This document shows positions 12,498 through 25,223 of a DNA stretch of 64,000 nt, one piece after another. Each line of letters opens with the position of its first letter. Position 1 is the first letter of the stretch. The stretch spans positions 1 to 64,000 of the forward strand of contig JAQGDQ010001045.1 in the NCBI GenBank assembly GCA_030141605.1, read 5' to 3'. The notes below the pieces were generated by a model. That model saw nothing but the letters and a program-made list of their open reading frames with translations, searched no databases and was not told the origin of the DNA. Made by a program: the position numbers and the translations under genes. This stretch comes from Tubiluchus corallicola. Taxonomy: Eukaryota; Animalia; Priapulida.

Positions 12498-12790
12498 CCT
12501 GCTTGAGTATTCGAGAACGGGATGATTAGTCGCTAGCATCCTGCTTGAGTGTTCCAGAACGGGATGATTAGTCGCTAGCATCCTGCTTGAGTATTCGAGA
12601 ACGGGATGATTAGTCGCTAGCATCCTGCTTGAGTGTTCCAGAACGGGATGATTAGTCGCTAGCATCCTGCTTGAGTATTCGAGAACGGGATGATTAGTCG
12701 CTAGCATGCTGCTTGAGTGTTCCAGAACGGGATGATTAGTCGCTAGCATCCTGCTTGAGTATTCCAGAACGGGATGATTAGTCGCTAGCA
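12498..12790. repeat. 42-bp minisatellite, 7 copies, alternating variants, in receptor 3'UTR
   Basis: CCTGCTTGAGT(A/G)TTC(G/C)AGAACGGGATGATTAGTCGCTAGCAT. Confidence 0.95.
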
Positions 12791-13947
12791 GTGATTGTCC
12801 ATTTGAGATAGTGCCAACGGCGACGGATACAAGCTCAGAGCGGACCGTGCGGTGCGCCACCTTGGGTGAGACTCGAAGTATCCGTCGTCGTTTACTGGGT
12901 TTGAATCGAAGGAGGATAAACAATCTTCTGTTTCCTTGTTCTTCGTGCATTTAGCGGATTCCCCGTCGCTCTCAACGTCGATCATTGGCTTAGTGGGCAC
13001 TGATTGCTGTCCGAACATTACATGTTTGCGGAGCGTAGATTCCGCGGGAGCTGCTGAACATCGCTTTGCCATTGCCGTTCCCCGTGTGAGCTTGACTTTA
13101 GCACATAAATTTGGCAGCTGCAACGTTCGTTCATTTCTTAACTTATACACGTACGACTTTGGTGCTTAGGCGGCGGGTAGATCGGATGCTGCGCACGACG
13201 TCAGACATTTATACAGTTGTGACAAACTATTGTTCTTGTTTAAGTTGTTTGTTTACGATGATTTGTAAATATGACTTTTGTTTGTGTTTATTTTTGCGAG
13301 TGAAGTATTACGTACGAACCGGTGTGGTAGAGTTAGCATACGTTCATTTAAACGCAGGACATTGTAGCTCAAATTTTAAGCGTTCGCTTATTTTCTAGGT
13401 ACCGTTACTGCCACACTCTGGCTGCATAATAGCTGCTGTACATTTTTGCTTTAAATGTAGTAAGTATTTTAAGATGATTTGCTGTGTTAAAGCGATTCAG
13501 CATAGTTAGGTCTGTGATCATTCGTTTCGTGGCCAAAACTCTCTTAAATGGTCTACTGTCGTTGTTTCTTCATTGTTTATATCAGGGAGCGTGTAAATAT
13601 GTAGACAATGCCATGCGAAGAGTATTAGCCTTGGGCACTTATTAATGCATAGTTCTTTTTCTGTTGGGTTTTTATACCGATTACTGAAACTGGAGATGGT
13701 GGGGCCATCTACGGGTGACCGATAGAGTTACTCTCTAGCAAAGAGTCGTACCGTTGTGACACGGTTGGTTTTGCGCTACGAAAATTGACGATTTCTGCAG
13801 TAAATTTTATGGTGACTGATTTAGTTTAATTAATTAATTATAAATGTGGTAAAAATTAAAAAAGAAAATGAAAATTTCTGCAAGAAAGTAGAAAAGAATC
13901 TCACTGACAACGAAAAATCTGGATTGACAGCAAGCTGGTAGGGTAAA

Positions 13948-14543
13948 TCATCGACTCCATGTGCGCGTAATGCATGATCTGATCCGTAATGCTTGATGCG
14001 TATTGACTGGATCCACGTGTCCGTAAACATATTAACAAACACACGGCGTTCTTTCCTCCATTTGTGAAAATTTTAAGCAATAATTTTTGGAAATCACGTC
14101 ACAGTTGTAGCACTTACTTATTATTGCACTATTAGACAGAAAAGAAAGCAAAGGTTTTGGGTGCACAGCATTTAGCAGTGGAGAAAACAATATGGCAGGC
14201 ATCATTGTTTAGTGAAAGAACTACAGTTAGATGCACAACACGTAACATGATTCTTACACCTCTCAAAAACTCAAATAGAAACAATATTATTGTTTACAGG
14301 TCCTAAAGCGACCAAAACTCTCCTAACTAGAATTTTAAAAAGCTAAACAGTGAAAATGGTCACCGGAAACTTGAAAACTCTCTATAATTGCCTGCGTAAT
14401 GCATATTTGGACGATAGTGATCACGTTTAAATGAATGCAGATCACGCATTACGAATTACGGAAACACGGAAACACTTTTACATGTTTAAATACAAACTGT
14501 TTTATACGTGTCACGCATTATGCACACGTGGAGTCGTACCTTA
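13948..14543. mobile_element. Old inverted-repeat element in receptor 3' region
   Basis: CGACTCCATGTGCGCGTAATGCATGA ... TCACGCATTATGCACACGTGGAGTCG. Confidence 0.5.
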
Positions 14544-15458
14544 AACAGTGTGTAACGCGCGTCAGGACTTTCTTTTGACAAGCATTGTCATTGTAGACAA
14601 GACTTGAACTCGCGTTTAAACGTGAACTACATTATCCTAACGAACTTTGCTGTTTAGTGACCACACTTACACAACGTGCAAGTCGGTTTCGAGACGCTGT
14701 CACGCAAGCGACACTCGCGACGCTCGCTGGCGGATGATTGTATGCTACGGCACTCGGCTCGTGTGCATGCCACGCGACCGCCCAATGACGTATACACAAA
14801 ACCCTGACGTAATCTCTAATGCATGTTTAAACTTTCTAACCTACAAACTCTATGCTTTACGTAGAATGTAAAATTATTGATTTTCCGATGACGACCGTTT
14901 CATTTTAAAGGTTGTAAGTTTTGTAAAGCAGAAGCCTGTAACATTGGAATCAGTTGTAAACCTGGCGTTGTATGTAAAAAAGATTCTGGTGTTTAGTACT
15001 ATGTAATATATATATCATTGCATCAATAGGTAAGATAGATAAGAATAAAGTTTCTTAGCAAACACTATTTTGCTTCAGGTTTTCAGCACCCTGCTCTGTA
15101 CAGAGTGTTTGAATTGTGTTAATATTTAACGTGGTTGTGAAACTGGCAAGCATGTAAATCTATACTGTACACTAGTCTCGTGTGTATGCTTATGTATGAT
15201 AAGTTTCATTTTATTCATTTCTGTTCAAGTTTTTTCACATGTTGTGTGATGTTATAATACAATATAAATATGTGTCTTCTGTAGCTTATGGGTTACTGTG
15301 TTTTTATTTATGTTTATGAAAACCAATGTGAAAAATTGGTCCTTGAAATGCGATAACCAAAGTAGTTATCCTAGATACGAGCACATGTCTTTAGGTTGTA
15401 CTGAAGCATATCGCTAAGGAGCATCCGACCAGCAAGTGGCACCTGGCAATTGTTAGTA

Positions 15459-15658
15459 CAGGGTCGGGGCCTTAGTGATTGGAGGCCCTAGGCGAAGTAA
15501 ATTTGGTGGCCCCAAATGAAATAGAAAAATAAATACGAAAAAAATAAAATTACACAATTTATTAAAAACTATAATGTACGTTACCTCAGCGTGAGGCCCC
15601 CCTGGAGGGTGAGGCCCTAGGCGGTTGCCTAGTTTGCCTATGCTTAAGGCCGGCCCTG
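15459..15658. mobile_element. Short hAT-like MITE
   Basis: CAGGG..CCTTA / TAAGGCCGGCCCTG ends; internal GAGGCCCTAGGCG repeats; gttagta near both flanks. Confidence 0.6.
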
Positions 15659-16354
15659 GTGGTTAGTATATGTAGTTTGTACTAGAGAGAAAAGAATTAT
15701 GTAATAAATGTGAATAAGGAAAAGTCAGGTAGGTCAGTAAGAACAGGATAGCGCTAAAAAACAGTTTGGAGAAAGAGGGTCATGGGAGTAGGTTTACATA
15801 TTATAGTTTTAGTTTTTTGAGAGGTGATTATATTCTCATGTTTGCAGGAGTGTAATTGTAATCATAAATTAGTTTGTATTAATGGAGAAAATTTTTGTAA
15901 AGGTATAGTTATGATATTTTGCAAAGAATATGTTATGAAAGGAGTAAGGAAGACAAAAAACAAATACAAATACAGGTTTTTTGGAGTCATCAGGAGGAAC
16001 TTGAGAGTCGAGTTTCGGCTGCTACTCTGGTGTTTTTATTCCACTGACAAACTGCCACTGATTTAAGAAATTAAAGGCGAGCGGGGGTCATAACTGAGTG
16101 GTCTCGCTTCTATGCTGGACTGTTACGTGCTCACTCTTTACAGTTTCGTAAACCTTTGTTTGCTGCACCAATCGTGGCTGTTTTCCTTGTGAGGGAGAGA
16201 GGTGTTCGCGTGCAAAAGTCGAGCGAGACGCCTTGGCTGGTTCAGTGACTCTTCTTAGACACCTATCCTAAATCTATCTAAGTTTATCTTGCTTATATAT
16301 ATGTACATCGTACATGTAACAAATTCAGTTTACTGATGACCACGTGAGACAGAG

Positions 16355-16490
16355 TTTACAAATTAGTTAATGCATTAACTATTAAACTAATTTACAAGTT
16401 AGTTAATGCATTAACTATTAAGCTAATTTACAAGTTAGTTAATGCATTAACTATTAAGCTAATTTCCAAGTTAGTTAATGCATTATTAAT
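16355..16490. repeat. 36-bp repeat with palindrome AGTTAATGCATTAACT
   Basis: ~3.5 copies. Confidence 0.85.
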
Positions 16491-16819
16491 TATTAGGCCA
16501 GTTAATTTGTCCAGATTGTTCCAAATTGCTGCTTAAACCATCCACTAGTTTATAATTGTTTTTAAACAACAGATGGCAGCACATGCCTTTCATCAATGCT
16601 TTGCTGGGCTTTTACAACACAGTTCTACAGACATACTAGCAACTGAAATTATAGTTAACAGGAGATTAGAAAGAGTACTCTTAAAACGGTAGATCTTTGA
16701 CTAACATTGATCAGTAAACTCCGCACACGGTGTGAACGGAATGCAAACGAAAGTGCTGCATACGAGAGATCGTTCAGGCTCGCAACCTTTATGAGCCTAC
16801 TACCGTATTTTCATTTTTT

Positions 16820-17362
16820 GACTACGGCCAAATCATGTTGAAAACACGGGTTCTCGTCTGATCACCGAAGTTAAGCAACGCAGAGCCTGGTTAGTACTTG
16901 GATGGGTTACCGCCTAGGAATACCGTAGGTGCTGTAGGCTTGCGGGATGCCCACACTGTATCTCGACACTAGGCAGAGGAGCTGCACAAGCAGCCAACGG
17001 CTAGAGGGCAGAGGAGGTCAAGTGACCCAGCGGCCATGTGTAGAGGAGTAAACTTTCCAAATCAGGAGTGGAGCCCCGAAGGCGGACCAGTGCAGCATGC
17101 TCACTGACTCCGGCAGCTCCTGGAGCCCAATGTATCGCTCCGCTTTCCTTTGGACTACACCAGGGAGGAAGAGAGGGGGTTCCTGTTATCTGGGCAACTC
17201 AGGATCTCCATACACCTTGCCCAGGCGTGCGCCCTGGAGACGTTCAAGAATCGGACTGCTCAGCCACAGTCGACGCTGCAGCTCCATCAATGTGATCAAT
17301 AACTGACTCTCTTGGCGCACACTCCATTGTGTTCCGAAACAGAAGGATGCCAACAACAAGCA
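16820..17362 (+). mobile_element. 5S rRNA-derived SINE (SINE3-type), copy 1
   Basis: ~120-nt 5S-like head without T-run terminator, ~420-nt body, (CAA)n tail, TSD attttcatttt; homologous to 59318-59880. Confidence 0.85.
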
Positions 17363-18171
17363 ATTTTCATTTTAACCAGTTTATCGTTTGGTGTATCAAT
17401 TTGTTACTGAAGCTAAATGAGTTTATTGCATTTACTGCCTCACGTAGTCAACTGCTGATGTCATTGAACCAATTAAATAATTAAAACTTGCAGAACCAGT
17501 TCTAAACAACAACGACAGCTCACTGCTGACGGCAATTATGTAACAACAAATTACCCTCATGTTTAAAACAACCCGCACAGGTGCAGAATAATAAAAGTTG
17601 AATTCAAATTAGTTTATTTTTCCACGCTACAAACGATTTACGACCAAATTTTCCGGATGTGGGCACAAGTTTGTTGAAGCAAAACACTAATTATCATAAA
17701 AACTCCATAAATGAAAACTCGTCCATAAAACAACGGATGCCGTTACTTTTTTATTTGCTTTAAACCAGTTATTACGACAAGCATAACAGCATTTATTAGA
17801 TTCGTAAACTCGTGAGACTAATATATACAAAAAAGCTCAAATACGATAGTAATCGTGTATGTATAAACAATACGGTACTTCTATAAAATACATAAACAAT
17901 TGTTACTTAACATTACATGTTTACAAAGCGCATTGCAACGAACCACACAGCTGCCCAACACCAAAAGCTACTTTTTCGAATATATATGCAAAAATTATAG
18001 TAAAAAAAACTTTTGATTAATCATATGCACAATACATGTAAGCGGAAGAACTTAGTTTATAGTATAGGCCATTGACTAACGGTAAGCACAAATGTGAAAC
18101 ATTGGCAACGTACATAGTTTTGATTAATAACTAATGCATGTGAGAATATCACGTGCAGTGCAGTAGTACAA

Positions 18172-18682
18172 TAAGCCTTTTCACAGTTTCAGCGATTGAT
18201 GATGATCGCGAAAAGGTCAAAGATTAAGTGTACCACACCACGTTTGTGTACACTTGACAACGCCTCGCAGCCCATGCTATTGTAATAGTAACCATTTAAA
18301 CAACTAGCTAGAATCTTACCTAGTTCATTTTTACTTGTTCCCAAGCAAAATCCTGCTAGTAAATTACTCTATGCACAGACTAATGCATAGTTAACTGAAG
18401 TCCACGTAAAACAACTGAAATTACTGAACTGATGCAGCACACGACTTTGTCTTAACAACACGCACGTCAGACGACGATTGTAGTTAAGACACGTTGCTAG
18501 TAAAATCACTCTACACACAGACTAATTCATAATTAAGTGAAGTCCATGTAAAACAACTGAACTGGGCTTTGCTTTACCCACATGTCACATGACAGTTGTA
18601 GAGCAAGACGTCTGATGTTACTGTAGTACAGTTAACCTTTGACCTACAGCAACTGCGTGCAACAAAAATGTGAAAAGGCTTA
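18172..18682. mobile_element. Family C TIR MITE; other copies ~1-390 and 58567-58953
   Basis: TAAGCCTTTTCACA ... TGTGAAAAGGCTTA; three homologous copies. Confidence 0.7.
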
Positions 18683-19119
18683 ATGCATGTAATGTTTTCT
18701 TTAGCTTAATTAAACTGGCAGAAATTGTGCGCACATAACTTATCATACTAGGAATAAGAATAGCCCTCATGGTGCTTACTTAGCAACCGAAAGTTAGGCA
18801 ACATCTAAACTGGCAAGTGACTGGATGGGCGACCACCGTGTTCTATTTGGTAATGCTGATCGTGGCTGCTTGCCTTGTTGAGGAGAGGTGTTGACATCAG
18901 AACACGACCAAGACACCTCTGCCGGCTTTGCGTCTCACTTGAACCCTTTAGTTTTAATTGAGTCGGGTTCTCGTCTTGCCACAGGCAGCAACACTGAGCA
19001 GGCCTTGCAGAAATGCATGAAAAATGACCTACGAAACAACGGGTGCGGTAACCAGTTCATCAACACAAATGCGGCACCTCCGCTTAATAGCAATGAGCAG
19101 GTATTAAAATGAGTCCATT

Positions 19120-19495
19120 GTTTCAAAAACAACATTCATGACGTTGCACACGAGGTGAATCTTACTGCCTAAACAAACTTCAAAAACAACATTCATGACG
19201 TTGCACACGAGGTGACTCTTACTGCCTAAACAAACTTCAAAAACAACATTCATGACGTTGCACACGAGGTGAATCTTACTGCCTAAACAAACTTCAAAAA
19301 CAACATTCATGACGTTGCACACAAGGTGTCTCTTACTGCCTAAACAAATTTCATAAACAACATTCATGACGTTGCACACGAGGTTACTCTTACTGCCTAA
19401 ACAAATTTCAAAAACAACATTGATGACGTTGCACACGAGATGAATCTTACTGCCTAAACAAACTTCAAAAACAACATTCATGACGTTGCACACGG
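19120..19495. repeat. 57-bp minisatellite, ~6.5 copies
   Basis: TTCAAAAACAACATTCATGACGTTGCACACGAGGTGAATCTTACTGCCTAAACAAAC. Confidence 0.95.
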
Positions 19496-20180
19496 GTGAC
19501 TCTTACAGGACACAGTCATGGACAACGCAATGACAGTGCTATCTTGTTACGTCATAAGCAGGTATTAAAATGAGTCAATTGTTTCAAAAACAACATTCGT
19601 GACATTGCACACGAGGTGTGACTCTTACTGCCCGAAGACAATTTTAATCAAAGCAAGGTTACAGTGACGAGCAAAGCAATGACTGCGATATCTCACTGTC
19701 GTACTGTACAGTGAACAAGAGCAAGACCTTGTAGATTTAACAGACACAAGCAGATAGACAAACGAACGGTTTCTCCATCGTACAGAAAAAACTGCAAGCA
19801 AAAGTGAATTCGTGCTGATAAGACGGTACACATAAACTCTCAAGGCCAACGTCTTAAGAAAACAGTAAAACAGTGAGGTAATAGAGAGCAATAGCTTTGA
19901 ATATAATAAACTGTGCTACTAGATAAGTGGGAATGAAACAGGAAATATACAGTTAGTATAGATAAGATTACTTCCTTAAAATAAACAGACTAAACGCTCA
20001 CGTTCTGAGATTAACTGGTATATTTCAAAAGCTACAGTCCGCGACGGTTGGACTATTACTCCATATTTGTCCATTAATAATTTTTCAAACAAATGTTACG
20101 GTTTCGTTTTAAACCTTCCTTAAAGAGTTTACGAGTTAAAGTTTACAATTGTACACACACAAAGAATGAGTTCATGAAGC

Positions 20181-20958
20181 GGATTAGGATTAGGGTTTGA
20201 TTAGAGTTTGATTAGGTTTAGGGTTGGGGTTTGGTTAGGGTTAGGTTGGGACTAGGATTAGAGTTGGGGTTAGGATTAGGGTTAAGGTTTGATTAGGTTT
20301 AGGGTTAGAACTAGGATTAGAGTTTGGGTTGGTGTTAGGATTAGGACTAGGATTAGGGTTGGGGTTGGGATTAGGGTTGCGATTGGGATTAGGGTTTGAT
20401 TAGAGTTAGGGTTGGTGTTAGGATTAGGACTAGGGTTAGGGTTTGGTTAGGATTAGGTTGGGACTAGGATTAGGGTTTGATTAGCTTTAGGGTTAGGATT
20501 GGAGTTAGGGTTAGGTTTTGACAAGGATTAGGGTTGGGGTTTGATTAGATTTAGGGTTAGGGTTAGGACTAGGATTAGGGTTGGGTTAGGATTAGGGTTG
20601 GGGCTAGGGTTAGGATTAGGGTTGGGTTAGGACTAGGATTGGGGCTAGGGTTTGGTTAGGGTTAGGATTAGGGTTGGGTTAGGATTAGGGTTGGGGCTAG
20701 GGTTTGGTTAGGATTAGGGTGGGGTTAGGATTAGGGTTAGGACTAGGATTAGGGTTAGGACTAGGGTTGGGATTAGAATTAGGGTTGGGACTAGGATTAG
20801 GGTTAGGGTTAGGACTAGGATTAGGGTTAGGACTAGGATTAGGGTTAGGACTAGGATTAGGGTTAGGACTAGGATTAGGGTTAGGACTAGGGTTGGGATT
20901 AGAATTAGGGTTAGGACTAGGATTAGGATTAGGATTAGGACTAGGAATAGGGTTGGGG
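20181..20958 (+). repeat. Degenerate interstitial telomere-like (TTAGGG)n tract
   Basis: TTAGGG mixed with TTAGGA, CTAGGA, TTGGGG. Confidence 0.92.
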
Positions 20959-21978
20959 TATTTACATTGTGTGAGGAATTACAAACTCCTTCAAGATTAC
21001 CCACTAACAACTCATTAAAAAATCACGTTCAATTAAAGAGTTAATTCCATCAAAGTAAAAAAATCATATTACGAGCTAACAAAGATGACCTATATTAAGA
21101 GTCACAGTGCCACCTGGCAATACAAGTTTTACATTTCTTCCTCGGGCATCCATTATTATTTATTTTCTTAAGCAAGAATAAGATTTCCTCGAGGAAAAAC
21201 ATGATGTTTCGTGCAGCAAAACAGGTCTGCCTCGAGCTACAACATGATGTTTCATGCACCAAAACAGGTCTGCAGTTTCTTCATAACCTCAAGCACGACT
21301 ATGTTTCGTCTCAAGCAGGACTAAGAATACTTCCTTGAGGAAAGAGGTAACATTTTTAGCACAGTTACAATTTTAACAAACTACTGTTTACTAGATAAAG
21401 TAAAAATCAATACATGCAAAAACAGCAGGGTTCTCACAGAATTTTAAAATAAATTTCCCGGACTGTTCCCTGACCAAATATTGATTTTCCAGGACCAAGA
21501 TAAGCAGAAATTGCATTACCAGTATCAATATTCAAACATTTTTGTGTATGGACATTCATACATGTACTGATATATCATGCATCAGCCAATCATGATTTTG
21601 GAACAGAAATTGAAACTGGGAGCCTGTCATAGCAAAATTTTATTTGAACACGAATCACTCAAAAATATGTTTGGAAAAATATCGGTTCACTGAGATTATT
21701 TTTGCAACCCTTTCCAATTTCCCTGACTTTTCGCCACATCGTCAAGCATTTTCCCTGAATCTTTAGCAAATTACCTTTTTTCCCAACTTTCCAGATTAGC
21801 CTGTATTTTCCAGGATTTTCCCCGACCATGGGAACCAGGAGAGAGCAGAACTGTAACTACTGGCAATATTTTGGTTTAGAAACAGCACACAGTCGCATAT
21901 ATACATAATAACACACACCAAGACTCCCGGCGTTCCGCAAGCACATGCCACACGGTTATAAGCAAAATACGACACACG

Positions 21979-22100
21979 CGCACACGGACAAAGCCAGTAA
22001 TTGTGCACACGGACAAAGCCAGTAATTGTGCACACGGACAAAGCTAGTAATTCCGCACACGGACAAAGTCATTAATTGCGCACACGGACAAAGCCAGTCA
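21979..22100. repeat. 25-bp minisatellite, 5 copies, STK38 3' region
   Basis: GCACACGGACAAAGCCAGTAATTGT. Confidence 0.9.
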
Positions 22101-22488
22101 TTGAAAATGGACGCAACTCAAAACCGAGCTAAACGTTCTCACAAGTATAAGCGTTACGAGATCGTATGATACCAAATCTAGGAAAACTCTTACCTAAACT
22201 AATCGTGAAGGGTCTACATTAGACAGGATAAAGTGACTTGACGATTACCGTATACATGTGATAAATATTGAGATCCCTAGGTACAAATACGACACACAAA
22301 GCTTCCAAACCTTCATCAATATCACGCTCATAACTGCCACAATTAAAAGATTACATATCCATGCATGAAAGCACGCTGAAGATCACCATAGTTAAAAATA
22401 ATGAAGTGATGGAATTTCTCTACGTCTAATCACCCAGTTGCAGCGACTTCTCGGTCGTATGCTACGCGCAAACTTTGCTAAAAGCCTC

Positions 22489-23895
<1,407 letters not shown>

Positions 23896-24111
23896 CTATT
23901 TGTTCTACCTGGAAAACAAAAAAAAATACAAAATCAAACTAAAACAAAGCAAAAGCAAAAAATAAATCAGCTATTTTTGATCATACATTCCAACACCCTA
24001 GTGTAAACTTCACCACAACGGATTCAGCGACTTACTTTGTATCCACAGTTCCACATGGATCTTAGTTTTCAAATATCTTCTTTAGTAAACAGTACTTTAT
24101 TCATAAGCTAC

Positions 24112-25223
24112 TAGGGCCTCCGGTTTTCCGTGATCGCGGAAAACGGACGGAATTCAAGGAAACAGCTACAGTCGACCCTCGTTAAACCGGACCCCGTTAG
24201 CCCGGATATCGGATAAGACGGACGTCATCCGTGGTAAAGGAAACTGACCGATTTCCGTCCGAGCCGGAGCGCTAAACACAACACGGCCTACCAACTGTAC
24301 AATAATTTCTTTATCCTCCCAGGTTAACTATTTTAAAGTAATATACAGAATAGTATATAGTGCAATGTATATAGGCCTTATTAAGGTGATTATTCCTGTA
24401 TAATATAGACCATGTATAGGCATATTGGATAAATTGGACAATCGGCTAAATCGGACCCCCCCCCAATTAGTCCGGTTTAACGAGGGTTGACTGTACTTAA
24501 AACGGAAATGGCCTGATTCCTGATTTCTTGTAAATTTAATGTGTACTAGAGACGAAATGACTTCGCTTTTTACTTTCCCACAAATTCAAGCAGTTTTGTC
24601 AGGTTTTTGAAGGTCTTGCTAGAAGCTTTTCCTCCATATTTACTTTGAATGCAACTTGAACAACCACTAAGTCTCTTCTCCGCTTGTTTTTGCATTTGCC
24701 ACGAGAAATACGGAAATCTTTAGCTTGAGCTTGTAGCGAATAGAAAGCAAACACGTGCGTGAAAAGGTTTCCCACTTTCAAACAGCACGTGGACATGCCT
24801 TCGAAGTTCCATAATTACGTTTACTTTTAAAACTCATTTGAACTTTATTCCTTTAACTAGTTAAGTCTATTTAGTTGTTTTAAAATGGCCGATGAAGGTT
24901 GTGTGGGGCAAAAATTTGCTCAATGACAGGAGGGAGTCGTTGAAAGAGGAAAACACCAAGCAGTTCATTACGTTACACCATAATAGCACTGTAAAAGAGA
25001 GGTTACCTGCAAATTAAATGTTGTTGTAAAGCCATAAAAATATTTGATAGACTGTATGCTTATTTCATATTAATTTTTTTATTTACAATCTACCACATAT
25101 TACCTAATTTGACGACAAATATTAACTATAAGGGCATCCTAACTTCAAATTTCTGTGAAGCGAAATTGACAATTCTTTGAAACGAAATTTGGCCAATTTT
25201 GAAACGGAAAATCGGAGGCCCTA
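24112..25223. mobile_element. TIR element (TAGGGCCTCC) with 6-bp TSD, hosting a nested MITE
   Basis: TAGGGCCTCCGGTTTTCCGT ... ACGGAAAATCGGAGGCCCTA; agctac on both flanks. Confidence 0.75.
24169..24493. mobile_element. Tc1/pogo (Tigger-like) MITE
   Basis: TA|CAGTCGACCCTCGTTAAACCGGA ... TCCGGTTTAACGAGGGTTGACTG|TA. Confidence 0.85.

Noticed and set aside
12435-13398. Several overlapping ORFs
   Set aside because: Receptor 3'UTR plus 42-bp repeat; no recognisable domain.
16820-16942. 5S rRNA gene (also 59318-59440)
   Set aside because: No oligo-T terminator; both copies continue into the same body and tail with TSDs, so they are SINE heads.
20704-21018. (GL)n protein
   Set aside because: Translation of the telomere-like repeat.
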